This document shows positions 53,860-64,000 of a stretch of DNA of 64,000 nt, piece after piece. The DNA comes from Paecilomyces variotii. Lineage: Eukaryota. Under the pieces are notes generated by a model. The model did not search any database. It saw only the letters and a list, made by a program, of their open reading frames with translations, and had not been told where the DNA came from. The DNA lies in NCBI GenBank assembly GCA_004022145.1, contig RCNU01000002.1. One strand, 5' to 3'. The translations under genes were made by a program, and so were the position numbers. Positions within the stretch are counted from its first letter, which is position 1. The number at the start of each line of letters is the position of its first letter.

Positions 53860-54200
53860 ATCAGTGGGCGACCGTGTAGGTCAGGGGGAGGCAGCAGAAC
53901 TGCCCGAGTATGCGGATATTAAGGAGGAACTGCGCGGCGCGCTTGGCGAGCGTAGCGCAGCTCAGGATGTGATAATAGTCAGTCTCCCGTGGGGGTTTAT
54001 CCCAGAGGATTTTGTTACGCTGATCGCTATAACTAGGACAGGTCGTGAGCACGTGGTTAACTATTTGCATACCGGCATCGCAGTGACACCGAGGCTCCGA
54101 GCTGAATCCATGGCGCCGAACGCAGCCCGATCTTGCCGGTTTGCATCAGTGTCGTGGGAAAGGCACTGCGCTCAGGCGGAGTCACGCTACAGGCGAACTA
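53860..54200 (-). mobile_element. Non-LTR retrotransposon (Tad1-like LINE) ORF2 C-terminal relic
   Basis: Frameshifted LMQTGKIGL..RCHCDAGMQIVNHVLTTCPSY..R..W..IL..AKRAAQFLLNIRILGQF, matching the C-terminal CCHC region of fungal LINEs. Confidence 0.8.
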
Positions 54201-55216
54201 AGGCATACAAGATAGAGGATAAAGCATAGAATAGTAAGCAATCTGTAATAGCATAGTAGAGCTGAACTATATAAGCAGAAAGAGTGTGTAGTCTAAATAC
54301 AGGGTGCTGGCGTGCAGCTGTATACTCGGGGCCGGAATAAGTAACTATCGGCCCTATTCGAAGCCTCAGGCATCAATGAGGTCATGGGTTCGCCGTGACA
54401 CTAGGTGTCTGCGAATTTAATCAGACCTTAGAACCGCGAGTGAATTTATTCCCAAATGTGTGTATGGAGACATCTTTTTCGGTAGGTATCTTCTTGTCAT
54501 TAAGAGTGGTACTATGCAGAGAGCCGTTATCCCGAACGTAAACTATCTCCTTGACCAGACGGACCCCAATGCGGGCATAATCCCTTGACATCCTTCGCGA
54601 TTTGAACCAAGCATTGTTATGCGCAGGGCAAGGTTTTTGGAGACACATTTAGAAGACCGTCCGATACTGACGGTGTCTTTGTCCGAGGCAAAGGCCAGGG
54701 ATCGAAAGGGGAGAGTGTCTGGCGAAAGTCTTGTTGTTGTAGGTTATATAGACCCTCTATTCTAACTCAGTTAGAACTGGGCGAAGCTCTTATTTCTCCA
54801 ATCTTTCAATCTGGTATAAGCTAGTTCTTATTTTTTTATATATTTGAGCTTCTAGTATATTGGCAGGCGCTTATATCCTCCGTGTAGTATCTGGAGTCGG
54901 CAGGGATTTTCTCAGTATAGGTTGCCCTCTGGTTTCTTTAGGGGTCTTTTGCACTTCTAGGTGATATTAATAACTTCAATAAAGTAGTCTGGCACTTAGG
55001 GATTATATAGGATTATTATGTTATTATTTGTAGTAGTGTCTTTATAGTTAACTGGACCTCCCCTTAAAAATAGGGGTTGAAGCCTCTTCGATCGGACTCG
55101 GGTCGAAATTTTTAGTATTTGTGCGACCAATAAAACCACTAATTTATGATAGAATTGGACGCTAAAAATTCAATATATTGATAATTAGATCCTGTAGGAT
55201 CGATTGGTCAATTCAC

Positions 55217-55486
55217 GTCTAGTCATATCTAGACTAAAGCAGCCCCACACGATCTATGGTATTCAGGTCTCTCTCTCTCTTGAAGGCAGAGCTCTGATCG
55301 GGATAGAACTTACTGCTAGAGAATAGAAAAGGCCTAAGTCATAATATAAGTAATAGTAAATCGATAGAGCAGAGGATAAATAAATCCTAATAACATAGAA
55401 AATCGAAGGTATTCTTATTAAGATATAGAGAAGATCCAAAAGATCTGCAAAGCCTATAGGTATTTGTTGGAGACCCCCTTCGGTGG
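55217..55486 (-). repeat. Dispersed repeat copy A (RIP-mutated TE end or LTR-like relic)
   Basis: Reverse complement aligns with 57462-57827. Many differences are CA>TA or TG>TA. Confidence 0.85.
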
Positions 55487-55740
55487 GCGCCGCAAACGCT
55501 CCTGCGAGCATGCGCTGCACCTGCTTATCGAACGGATCCACGCTGCCTGGCGGGCTCATAAGCCCGTAGCTTTACTGTTGACCTTAGATGGGGCAGGGGC
55601 CTTTGACAACGTTAATCACGAACGCCTACTTTACAACCTCCGCAAGCAAAGAGTTTTAGAGGAGATTGTCAACTAGATTAGCAGCTTCCTTCGGGACTGC
55701 TATATTATAATTACACTCCAGGAAGGCCCAATACTTGAAC
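55478..55740 (+). mobile_element. Tad1-like LINE reverse-transcriptase fragment
   Basis: FGGRRKRSCEHALHLLIERIHAAW..LLTLDGAGAFDNVNHERLLYNLRK..VN*ISSFL, matching RT motifs 2-3. The conserved Trp codon reads TAG. Confidence 0.88.
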
Positions 55741-56748
55741 GCGAGTACTGCGAGCGTATAGTTTCTATCTAATCGTCGAATGCTAGCGAAGCAATGAAAT
55801 ACAGAGTTGTTTTTTATGCTCCTTCTTAGTAAATAATACTGTTATTATTGAATAGGGGGTAATTGCGCCTTAGGCCAGGCCCTGCTCTATTTAGTACTTG
55901 CCTCTGCAGCAGAGCACCTTCCTATACAGCGCAGCCTCCTCCGTCCTTAGGTCTATTCATAAGGGAGGAAAATCCAACCCCCCCTCCTCCCTTTTCCTAT
56001 TCTTTTACACAACTCATCAGTGGCCATTCCACATTATCCACATTATCCATCTCATGAAGCACTGTTCCTTTTGCATCTTATCAGGAGTTACCGGCCGAAG
56101 GCTGATTTGGGAAAAGTAAGAAACAAAAACTGGAAAGTAAGTGGCTGCATAAAACGAGAGAGCTCCAAAGTTTAGAGTGATGGACGCAAATCCTTGCCCA
56201 ATGATGAAGCTAGTAAAGAACAGGGAGAGTGAACTCACAGCCCGGAAAAGCCCGTGTGTCTCCTTGAGTGACACCTAACTTCCTGATACCTGCAGATGGC
56301 GTCGTCAGCCTGAACAAGAGATTGCCAATGATCTGTTCGTTTTCTGCGGATTTAAAGTTCCCGGTTAGTGCACTGTCTATAACCCCTTGATTGGAAATCA
56401 TTGGCTCACTGTTGATAACTTCGCTAGTCTCACAGTATTCCACATTGGACTACTGGATTCTCGTCGATATTCCACTGAGTTAATGTTTGAAACTAGTTCG
56501 GACGAGCGGGGTGATTGGGAAACCTGGATGGGGTACAGTTCCGGTCCAAGAAGAGCAGCAATAGCAGCAGGTCTATGGTCAGCTGCACAGCGAGATATTA
56601 TCAGGCCACTTAGCAAATACAAGACAATGTTCAGCTCAAGCCTACTTCTGCCACAATTTACTGTAAACGGAACGAGGGTCATTATCCTTATGTACGCAGA
56701 TAAAACAGAAGTAGTACATGAAACAGTCTTATATTACCTACAGTACCT

Positions 56749-56815
56749 GTAGCCACTTTGGCTTCCTCCTCGTTGTCTTGTATAGGAGTAGCCACCTTGG
56801 CTTCCTCCTCGTCGT
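56749..56815. repeat. 39-bp-period tandem duplication (about 1.7 copies)
   Basis: GTAGCCACYTTGGCTTCCTCCTCGTYGT at 56749 and 56788. The minus strand reads EEEAKVAT twice. Confidence 0.85.
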
Positions 56816-57461
56816 AGGTGTCTCACACAGGACCTCCCCTTAAAGTATCCAACACCTCTGAACAGTTGTTCAATTAACTGGCCCTATCCGTATGTCCTAC
56901 CCCGAACTTAGCATGGGTAGTGGGAGCCATCCTGGCTTCTCCCTGCATCTAGCCGTCCATTCTGGATCTTCAGGCAGTGCCTCCTTCAATCTAGGACCAA
57001 GCCTGCAGTGTTCCCCATATTCAAACGTTCTTGGAGGCAACTAGCCTCCCACAGTGTCGGCAGAAGAGACCTTCGCTCCCTGCATCTTATCTCTTCCCAT
57101 CTTTGATCTTCAGGCAATAATAGCTCCTTCGATATCATTGATCTTCAGGCAGAGCGTCCTTCGATCGGAACTAGAGACCCACAGTTGCTCGTACGCGGAC
57201 AGAAACTCCAGGTATTCAAACTCTCGGAGGATAAAGGGATCAATTATTTCGAATTTGTGCGACTGCGAAAATCACCAAAACTAGGTAGACTTGGACGCTG
57301 AAAAATCACTCCATAAGCAAACAAACACCATAGAATAACATAGTAGAATCAAATCAAAGATACGACAAGTCAGTCAGCCTGTAGCTCAGGGGTTTGAACG
57401 AGGGCGACATAACCTGAAGGAAGCGGTAAGAAGCTTGCTTGATTACTAACTACTTAGGAAG

Positions 57462-57827
57462 CCACCGAAGGGGGTCTCCAACAAATATATTAAAGGCAGA
57501 TTTAGTTAGACTTAGATCATATAATACTAGGTTATGTGACTATTTGTTATGTGACCATTTGTTATATGTACCTAGGTACCTAGGCTTTGCAGATCTTTGG
57601 ATCTTCTCTATACCTTAATAAGAGAACCTTCGATCTTCTATATCATTAGGATTCATTTATCCTCTGCTCCATCCATCTACTACTACTTATATCACCTCTT
57701 AGGCCTTTTCGGTTCTCTGGCAGCGAGTTATGTCCTAATCGGAGCTCTGCCTTCGAGAGAAAGAGAGAGAGACCTGAATACTAGCTATAGATCGTGTGGG
57801 GCTGCTTTGGTCTGGGTACGACTAGAC
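57462..57827 (+). repeat. Dispersed repeat copy B (inverted relative to copy A, about 90 bp longer)
   Basis: Shares CCACCGAAGGGGGTCTCCAACAAATA, GGCTTTGCAGATCTTTGGATCTTCTCTATA and ATAGATCGTGTGGGGCTGCTTT with the reverse complement of 55217-55486. Confidence 0.85.
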
Positions 57828-58118
57828 TTCGAATGTCGATCGAAAGGATATTCTTCAAAACTTATGCTGGTTAACCGCTGTCATTATGCCTCGTCGACAC
57901 GCCCTCAAGGTTCGCTGTGAGTGTCAGTGGTTCGATAATGATGATAAGGAGCCAAGTGAACCCTCCGAGGAGCCTCCCACGAAGCCATCCACAAACAGTT
58001 TCTCTATACCCGACGACGATAAAGTGATCAAAATAGTTTATTGTTGGAGACCCCTTCCGGTGGTCCCTGCTGGGCGCAGGTTTCTGAGAAAGGGGGGGTG
58101 ATTACAGTCGATACTCAC

Positions 58119-59266
58119 CTCCATATGGAACTGTCATCTCACTCAGACTTAATCGATAAAACACCCTTCTACCATCATATCTAACGTTATGAATGAATGG
58201 TCACTCCCTCTCGATAATTGAAACCAACACGGAACCGCCATTTCTGCCACTGGACGAGATTCTCATTCGTCACGGTAAAGCTTGCACCTTCAGGTTGCAC
58301 AACATGTAACGGCTTCAGATCCTTTCCGACAGGCTTCTTCAACAGATCAGGAAGATACTCATGTTCCACACAATGCGCCATAGGCGTTTCAGGAGGAGCG
58401 GTTCCATACTTCAGCCCATCTTCCGCTCCGCCAGATGCGAGAGTGTCCATGCGCACGATCTTGTTCTGGAATCTGTCGAGAACCAGCGAAATCGGAAGCG
58501 GAAACGCCATATTGGTTGCTAAGTATCTGGGTGGTTATGCGGTGCGCGAGCGTACAGATAAAGTTGCGAATACTTGGGAGTGTCAAGATCGGAGAACTTG
58601 TCTGAACCGTAGGGCCAAGTATCGCATTGAACCACGACGTCTTCAGGGAGGTGTAGTTTCTTGACAGCCTCTACGACTAAAGGGTCAATTCAGTGCCATA
58701 TCAGCCATTTCTCGCGGGTCACCCCCTGGAGATTGTACATAATTAGCACTGTTCGCTCTTCTTATTCTTATAATTATGATTACTCTGCATGGAGTTACAC
58801 ATGCATAATATCCGACAAGACATGCGAAGCATATGATTAGGAAAGTACCCAAAACAAACCAAAAAAGGAAAAAGGAGAAGCTCACCTATCTATCGGCGAA
58901 TGCTGCCCCTTCGCCGCCTTGAGCACCTCACCCTCAGTATCCGTATCCAAACTCACCACGCTCTCAAAAAAACTCCCTCCCATCTCCAATAGTATAAACT
59001 ACCTCTACCAGACGTGGTACAAACGGTCGCGAACCAACTGGGACGCCTGCGCTCTCCGCGTCCAAGTAAGGCAGTAGTAATGCCTTGGGAGACTCACGGA
59101 GTGAAATGCTCTTGAATCGAATCGAGCATTTTGATCCTCTCTTTTCATGAACAACTCGAGAAATGATACGTGATGCTGTGCGGATTTCGTCCGGGTTGAG
59201 GTTTAGGAGGGGATGGGATCGGGTCGTTGTAGGTGTAGTTGTACTGGTGATATTTGCGGTAGCCAT
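58119..59266 (-). pseudogene. Copper amine oxidase pseudogene, 5' half only
   Basis: HPLLNLNPDEI, RFKSISLRESPK, DTWPYG, NQYAFPLP, LKPLHVVQPEGASF, WQKWRFRVGFNYREG, YRLSLSEMTVPYG. Six frameshifting insertions. The sequence breaks off in an intron at the TE patch, and the TPQ and Cu-binding half is absent from the window. Confidence 0.88.
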
Positions 59267-60263
59267 GGTATTCTATGCTGCGGGGGATGTGCGTAGGAAG
59301 GGCTGCTCTTCGAAAATGTGCCCTTTATATATCTGCAATTCCCACATCCCACGCAAGCACCCAGAATAGCAAACTGGATAGCTCATCAATCAGATAGGAC
59401 GATATGTCCGATACGGCCTGTTGTGCCTATCAGAACTGCGATTGTTAGGCAGCGGGGTTCGGGGAAACGAGATAAGCAGAACAAACCCGCATCGACCTGC
59501 CCAGATGGATTGCTGACTATTGCATTCTCAAGACCTTTCCGCCATGATGGTTTGGGGCTTTCAGTATGAGTGGATTGATTCAGAGGCCGGCATTGACATT
59601 CAAATAAATCCCTGAGCATCAAGCCATACTTTCCCAGATGACCACCCGTTACGTTATCAAACTTCATCCGGGACTAAGACGATACCATTCCAGGATACTG
59701 GCATGAATCCCCAAGTGAGACGCTCTACAATGTTATTTACATAGGACAGATAATCATGGCTCTCAGACGTGGAGAATACGTTATAGTTGAAGTTATGACA
59801 CTCTGGAAATATTCCCTGCTTTCTACAACCCCGGATCTCGGCTCTGAGAGCACTATTCTGGTTATATTGAAGAGAAGTTATTTATTATTGGCTGCATCTA
59901 TAACAGATGGTATGGGGGAGTCCTGCCAAAGCCGACGGAGGGCCTCATCCATACTGGTATATCATTGCGCACATATCCTGGCCACATAATACATAATCGG
60001 CACAAAATAGATCAAAAAAGATAACATGACAAGAAACGGTCGTGGATATGTGATCAGAGACTGAATTTATACACGTCAATCATCAGAGGTAAAACAAAAA
60101 AGAAACTTCCGGACGCCTTCGCTCTCTCAAACCTCAGAAAGCAGGTTCAGAGTTGATGGACCTAACTGGCACAATATACAGAAATCGAGAAGCGCAGGCG
60201 GGCTGCAAACGGCCACCCATCAGAAAACTGGTGTATTATGGAGGAACGCCGGTCGCCCTGTTT

Positions 60264-62923
60264 TTATGCAATGCCCTGGGTTTCAAGGCCCTGCACTGCG
60301 TTGTACGAGTAAGGGAAGTCGACTAGCCCATCGAGAAGCCAGTTGAGAGGGTCAAAGACTTCGTAATTAGGCTCCATAAAATTGCTCGGCAGGCCAGAAA
60401 CACCGCCGTTGGCAGGTGTCATCCCGAGGCCGGCTGATGGCATGGAGGGGGCTGGAGCCAGACTGGGATCACCACCACCAACAGCAGGAGTCGACGAGTT
60501 TCGTCCTGGAGCAGTGGAGGATGTTGCTGAATTATCCGCACTGGAGTCTGGGTTGGTCGGATTCTTGAGATAGGCTGTATAAATTGTTAGAAAAAAGAAC
60601 ACACAACACTACGTTTTCAGGCAGTACACTTGATCGTACCTTCGATATTTCTTCCCCTTGTCTGTGCATCTTCTCTCCATCTCCACACTGAATCATACAC
60701 GAGCGACATGCTCATGCGGCAGCGCACCCTCAGCTGCAAAGAATCATCAATTTCGGCGTTACTGCCCGTAGGTCGCTGGCTAGGAGTTCCGCCAAGTCTC
60801 CACATTTGGGCAAGCACTTCAGCGAGCCGTTCCGGAAGATCGTTGTTAGAGACAGAGATAGCTCGAATGGCCCAGATGGTCCTGTTGAATAGATTTCTGC
60901 TGTACTCCAGATCGATGTGTGCCGCAAAAAAGCTCTTGCACAGTTTGAGAAGGGTGAAACCAGCAGCCAACATCATCTGATATATGTAATAAGGGGTATA
61001 AGAGAGCACTGGGCCGACATGGGTCTCAAGATTCAAAGCAGCTTCCAGAAATGCCGTCGTCGCGCTATGTAGAGACAGAAGACCTTCCCGGTAGTCTTTA
61101 GCTGTCGGGTTATCGAAAAAGGCAGACAGATGCAGATGTAGATTGGAGGCGCGCAAGTAGAGTTCAGTTATCGCTTGTAAAGTCAGATCCCGTACTCGCC
61201 ACAAAGAATTGTGTTGACAAGTCTTACCGTCATTATCAGATCTAAGCTCATCTTCCAGATCGTCAAAGTCTCTGGACAGGAGAGAGACGACTGCAGACCG
61301 TTCACTGTCACTAGAGAGGCCAACTGGATCCCGTCGGTTGTTGTACAGCGCTTTTGTGATCTTATCGCAGAAATTCTCGATATCAAGCCTAGACCTGATG
61401 TCGCTGGGAAGCTTGAAATTGGGATCAGCGGATTCACCACTGGACAGAGTCCAGTCATACAACGTCGAAGGAGGTTGCCCGTAGCCAGTAGCAACCCTGG
61501 AAGAAAGCAGGTCAACACCCGTAAAATAATGCCGCAGGAGAACAAGGAGACATACCTCTGTGCGACAATGTTGCAGACGGCCCAGGTTCTCACTTTGTCT
61601 CTCAGTTCTTCCTCCATGAGTTCGATGCGGAACTTGCTGAAATCCTGGGTGTGTGAAGGCCGATGGAGACCAAGCTGCATTGCAACCTGCATCATCATTC
61701 CGCAAAGCATGAATGTAGGGTCGGTTGAGGTGCTGCTTGTGGGAAAAGGCCATGTGCAGAGTAGGCACAGAGGCTTAACCACATGGTAGCTCTGTGGGAT
61801 GTCCGCTAGAGTACTCCAGACCAGTCTTGTGACCGGAGCAGCAAGTGAGTTTAGAAGATGAGAATCCGTTTGGTAACGACGGGCCCCGACACTTATGATT
61901 GTCCAGAAAAGCAATGGTGACGTGGAGTAATAGTCGTCCGGGGACTGGTCTCTGTCAAGGAATGGCAGAAACGGATGATAAAAGGTGAAGAATCTATACA
62001 CAGTTAGCTGTTATGCAAGACGCCAAAATCAGGGCAAAGGAAAATCCATACAGATTGAACAACTCGGTCACCCTCTCTGGAGCCACCATAACATCTTCAA
62101 TTCGCTTAAATTGATGGCCACCGTTCCTCATATAACTCGAAGAACCATCAAAGCCTGACCGCAAGTCCAGCAGTGATGCGACGGCCTCGTGTGAACCCAT
62201 GTATTGGTCTGCGGACATTCCCGACGAGCCCTGGTAGACTCCGGCTGCACTGCTTATGGGCGTCGAAATGGACGGTGTCTCTTGCTTTGTCGGTGTCAGT
62301 TGCGGCTGCTGTTGATTCATGGACGCAGCAGCAGCAGCGGCGGCGGCGGCATTGGCGTTTGCAACCTGCTTCCTCAGCTCGATGATCTCCCGCTCCATTT
62401 CCGCATTGCGGCTGCGTTTGCCTATCCGCTTGAAGTTCGACTCGATTTTGCACTCGAGCTTGAGACGGCGACACCGAGAGCACGTCGTGAAGGGATCCTG
62501 AACGACATCGCACCGGAGCTGTGACCATGACCAATCAGTTAGCAACGCTGTTCGCAACTAAATGCTCTTCCTCTGCATCCAGACTATCCCGTCCAACGAT
62601 AGCCAGATCCATTCTGCGCTCACCTTCTGCTGTCGACACTCATTGCAGGCCCGTTTCACTGGCTGCCTCCTCTTATCCTCTTGTCCATCATGGTCTTCTA
62701 TATCGTCTGTACTCCCCGGGGAGCTATCGATCCCAGCCACCGAGACATTGCGCTTTTTCGCCTGTGGCAGACCCGATGACACCCCAGCAGTAGGAGAATG
62801 GCCAACCGTCCCTCTTATCGGACTGACTACTGCAGACGCATTGTTGTTCCTGTTCGGCCCCAGGACTTCCCCTTTCACCCCTCCACCTCCGATTCCGCTC
62901 GAGGAGCCCGCGAGAGACGCCAC
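60264..62923 (-). CDS. leuB: Leu3/LeuB-type Zn(II)2Cys6 transcription factor, 6 coding exons; start codon inferred (GTG)
   Basis: VKRACNECRQQK|LRCD..CSRCRRLKLECKIESNFKRIGKRSRN resembles the yeast Leu3 cluster (CVECRQQK). Middle homology region, RMSMSLVYDSVWRWR, and acidic DPLNWLLDG tail. The symbol is assigned from recalled similarity. Confidence 0.75.
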
Positions 62924-63118
62924 GCTGGGTAAGCTGTGAAACACGCAATGGCTAGAGCTCGGACGAGAAAAAAAAGATCAGCCGATCGGCCACGGACGAG
63001 CAAGAGGCCCAATTCGGTCCAGTCGCGGCGCAGTGAGAGCTATCTGGTATAGCTTACTCTGGACGATAAATTTATTTTCCTTTTTTTTTTTCCCTTCTCT
63101 CTTAGACTTGATGCCGAA

Positions 63119-63273
63119 TGACTCGTTCTGGACCAAAGTCGGCGCCCCTCGACGATAGATGAGTAACCGGGGCCGAGTGGGGGTTGCGCTTTCCGATCTC
63201 GCTCGCCGTTTTCTGTCAGGTGACTCAGCCGCACGTGAGACTTGATGAGTCATCTATCTCCTATCTCACGTGA
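63119..63273. promoter_or_regulatory. Cluster of Gcn4/CpcA-type sites and E-boxes upstream of the LeuB-like gene
   Basis: ATGAGTCAT 63245-63253, TGACTCA 63221-63227, TGAGTAA 63160-63166, TGACTC 63119-63124, CACGTG 63232-63237, TCACGTGA 63266-63273. Confidence 0.65.
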
Positions 63274-64000
63274 TGCAAGTTATCTATCACGTTCTCCGCA
63301 GAGCCTCACTCAATAGTTATTAATAGCCCCGCAGATCCCCATGACCCAATGACGCAGGACTGCAGATTGACTATATCATTGCTTACTGCAACACTGCCTC
63401 ATCTCGCCTCGCACGGCTGAATAGATACGGTTGCGACATTAGTACCTACTTATCAATTGCTTCTACTCTCTCTACAACTCTTCTGTGTGACTAAGTCTCT
63501 ACTTGTGAATAACCAGGTTAGAAGACAACGTGTCGTGGATGGATAGGTACATAGAGAATACGACAGATATTATTGAACTGGTCTCGTGCTATTTTAAAAC
63601 CGCGGAGCGTTGGGGGCCATTATTTGGTTGCTTTTTAGTCTCTAATCACCAGGCGCAGGGCTCAGAGCCTCAACATGCTCTACCCCTCGTTTTTCCAGCC
63701 TCATAAGGCGTGCTAGTCAGCCTTGATAGTTGAACTTTACATGCACCCCGAACTCATGCATATAAAGGCAGACATGGGTACTGCCAAGCTTGGAGTAAAT
63801 AGATAATAACAGAGTCATATTAAAGACTTACATGAGCCTCTGAACCGTCCCTTTCGTTATTGATTTTGTCTCACAGCAAAGATTGGGCACTTTCGGCCGC
63901 TTATCTCAAGGATCAAGTTGTGCTTTCTCGACAGATCCTTGCTTGCGAGTATCATCAAGGAGCAGAAAATTGATGATCTGATCTTCCAACTGAGATGGAA

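Noticed and set aside
56017-56752. Short ORFs on both strands inside the TE patch
   Set aside because: No family recognised in any frame. May be a decayed gene, but I cannot support a call.
53400-58100. Starship or other giant mobile element
   Set aside because: No tyrosine-recombinase captain or cargo-type genes are visible, only short relics.
62978-63253. ORF from ATG 63253 as the first coding exon of the LeuB-like gene
   Set aside because: Its GTAAGC donor (63057) is phase 1, while both candidate acceptors (62952 and 62934) need phase 2. The ATG is also part of the ATGACTCAT motif. It would work only if a base is miscalled.
1-64000. CRISPR array, rRNA, riboswitch or secondary-metabolite cluster
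   Set aside because: No repeat-spacer array, rRNA or TPP-aptamer signature, and no PKS, NRPS or terpene backbone gene was seen.

Overview
Eukaryotic DNA from a filamentous ascomycete, most like Eurotiales. Evidence: short GT-AG introns with CTRAC-type branch sites and Aspergillus-like proteins. I read about 14 apparently intact genes: an Stc1-domain zinc-finger protein, a conserved hypothetical, Stn1, a RIB2-type deaminase, a DNAJC9-like J protein, a Usp-domain protein, a GPI-type S10 carboxypeptidase, V-ATPase subunit B, a secreted Ser/Thr/His-rich protein, two MFS transporters, an Srk1/Rck2-type kinase, further hypotheticals and a Leu3/LeuB-type Zn2Cys6 regulator. There are four identical tRNA-Asn(GUU) genes at 22.9-27.8 kb. 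A roughly 5 kb patch of RIP-mutated transposon relics lies at 53.4-58.1 kb, and there are two pseudogenes (an SDR fragment and a truncated copper amine oxidase). Two observations stand out. (1) The LeuB-like gene has no in-frame AUG upstream of its DNA-binding domain; a GUG in optimal context sits below a cluster of Gcn4/CpcA sites. (2) Both pseudogenes have decayed by small insertions only. Exon boundaries and family calls were made by eye; no database searches were run.
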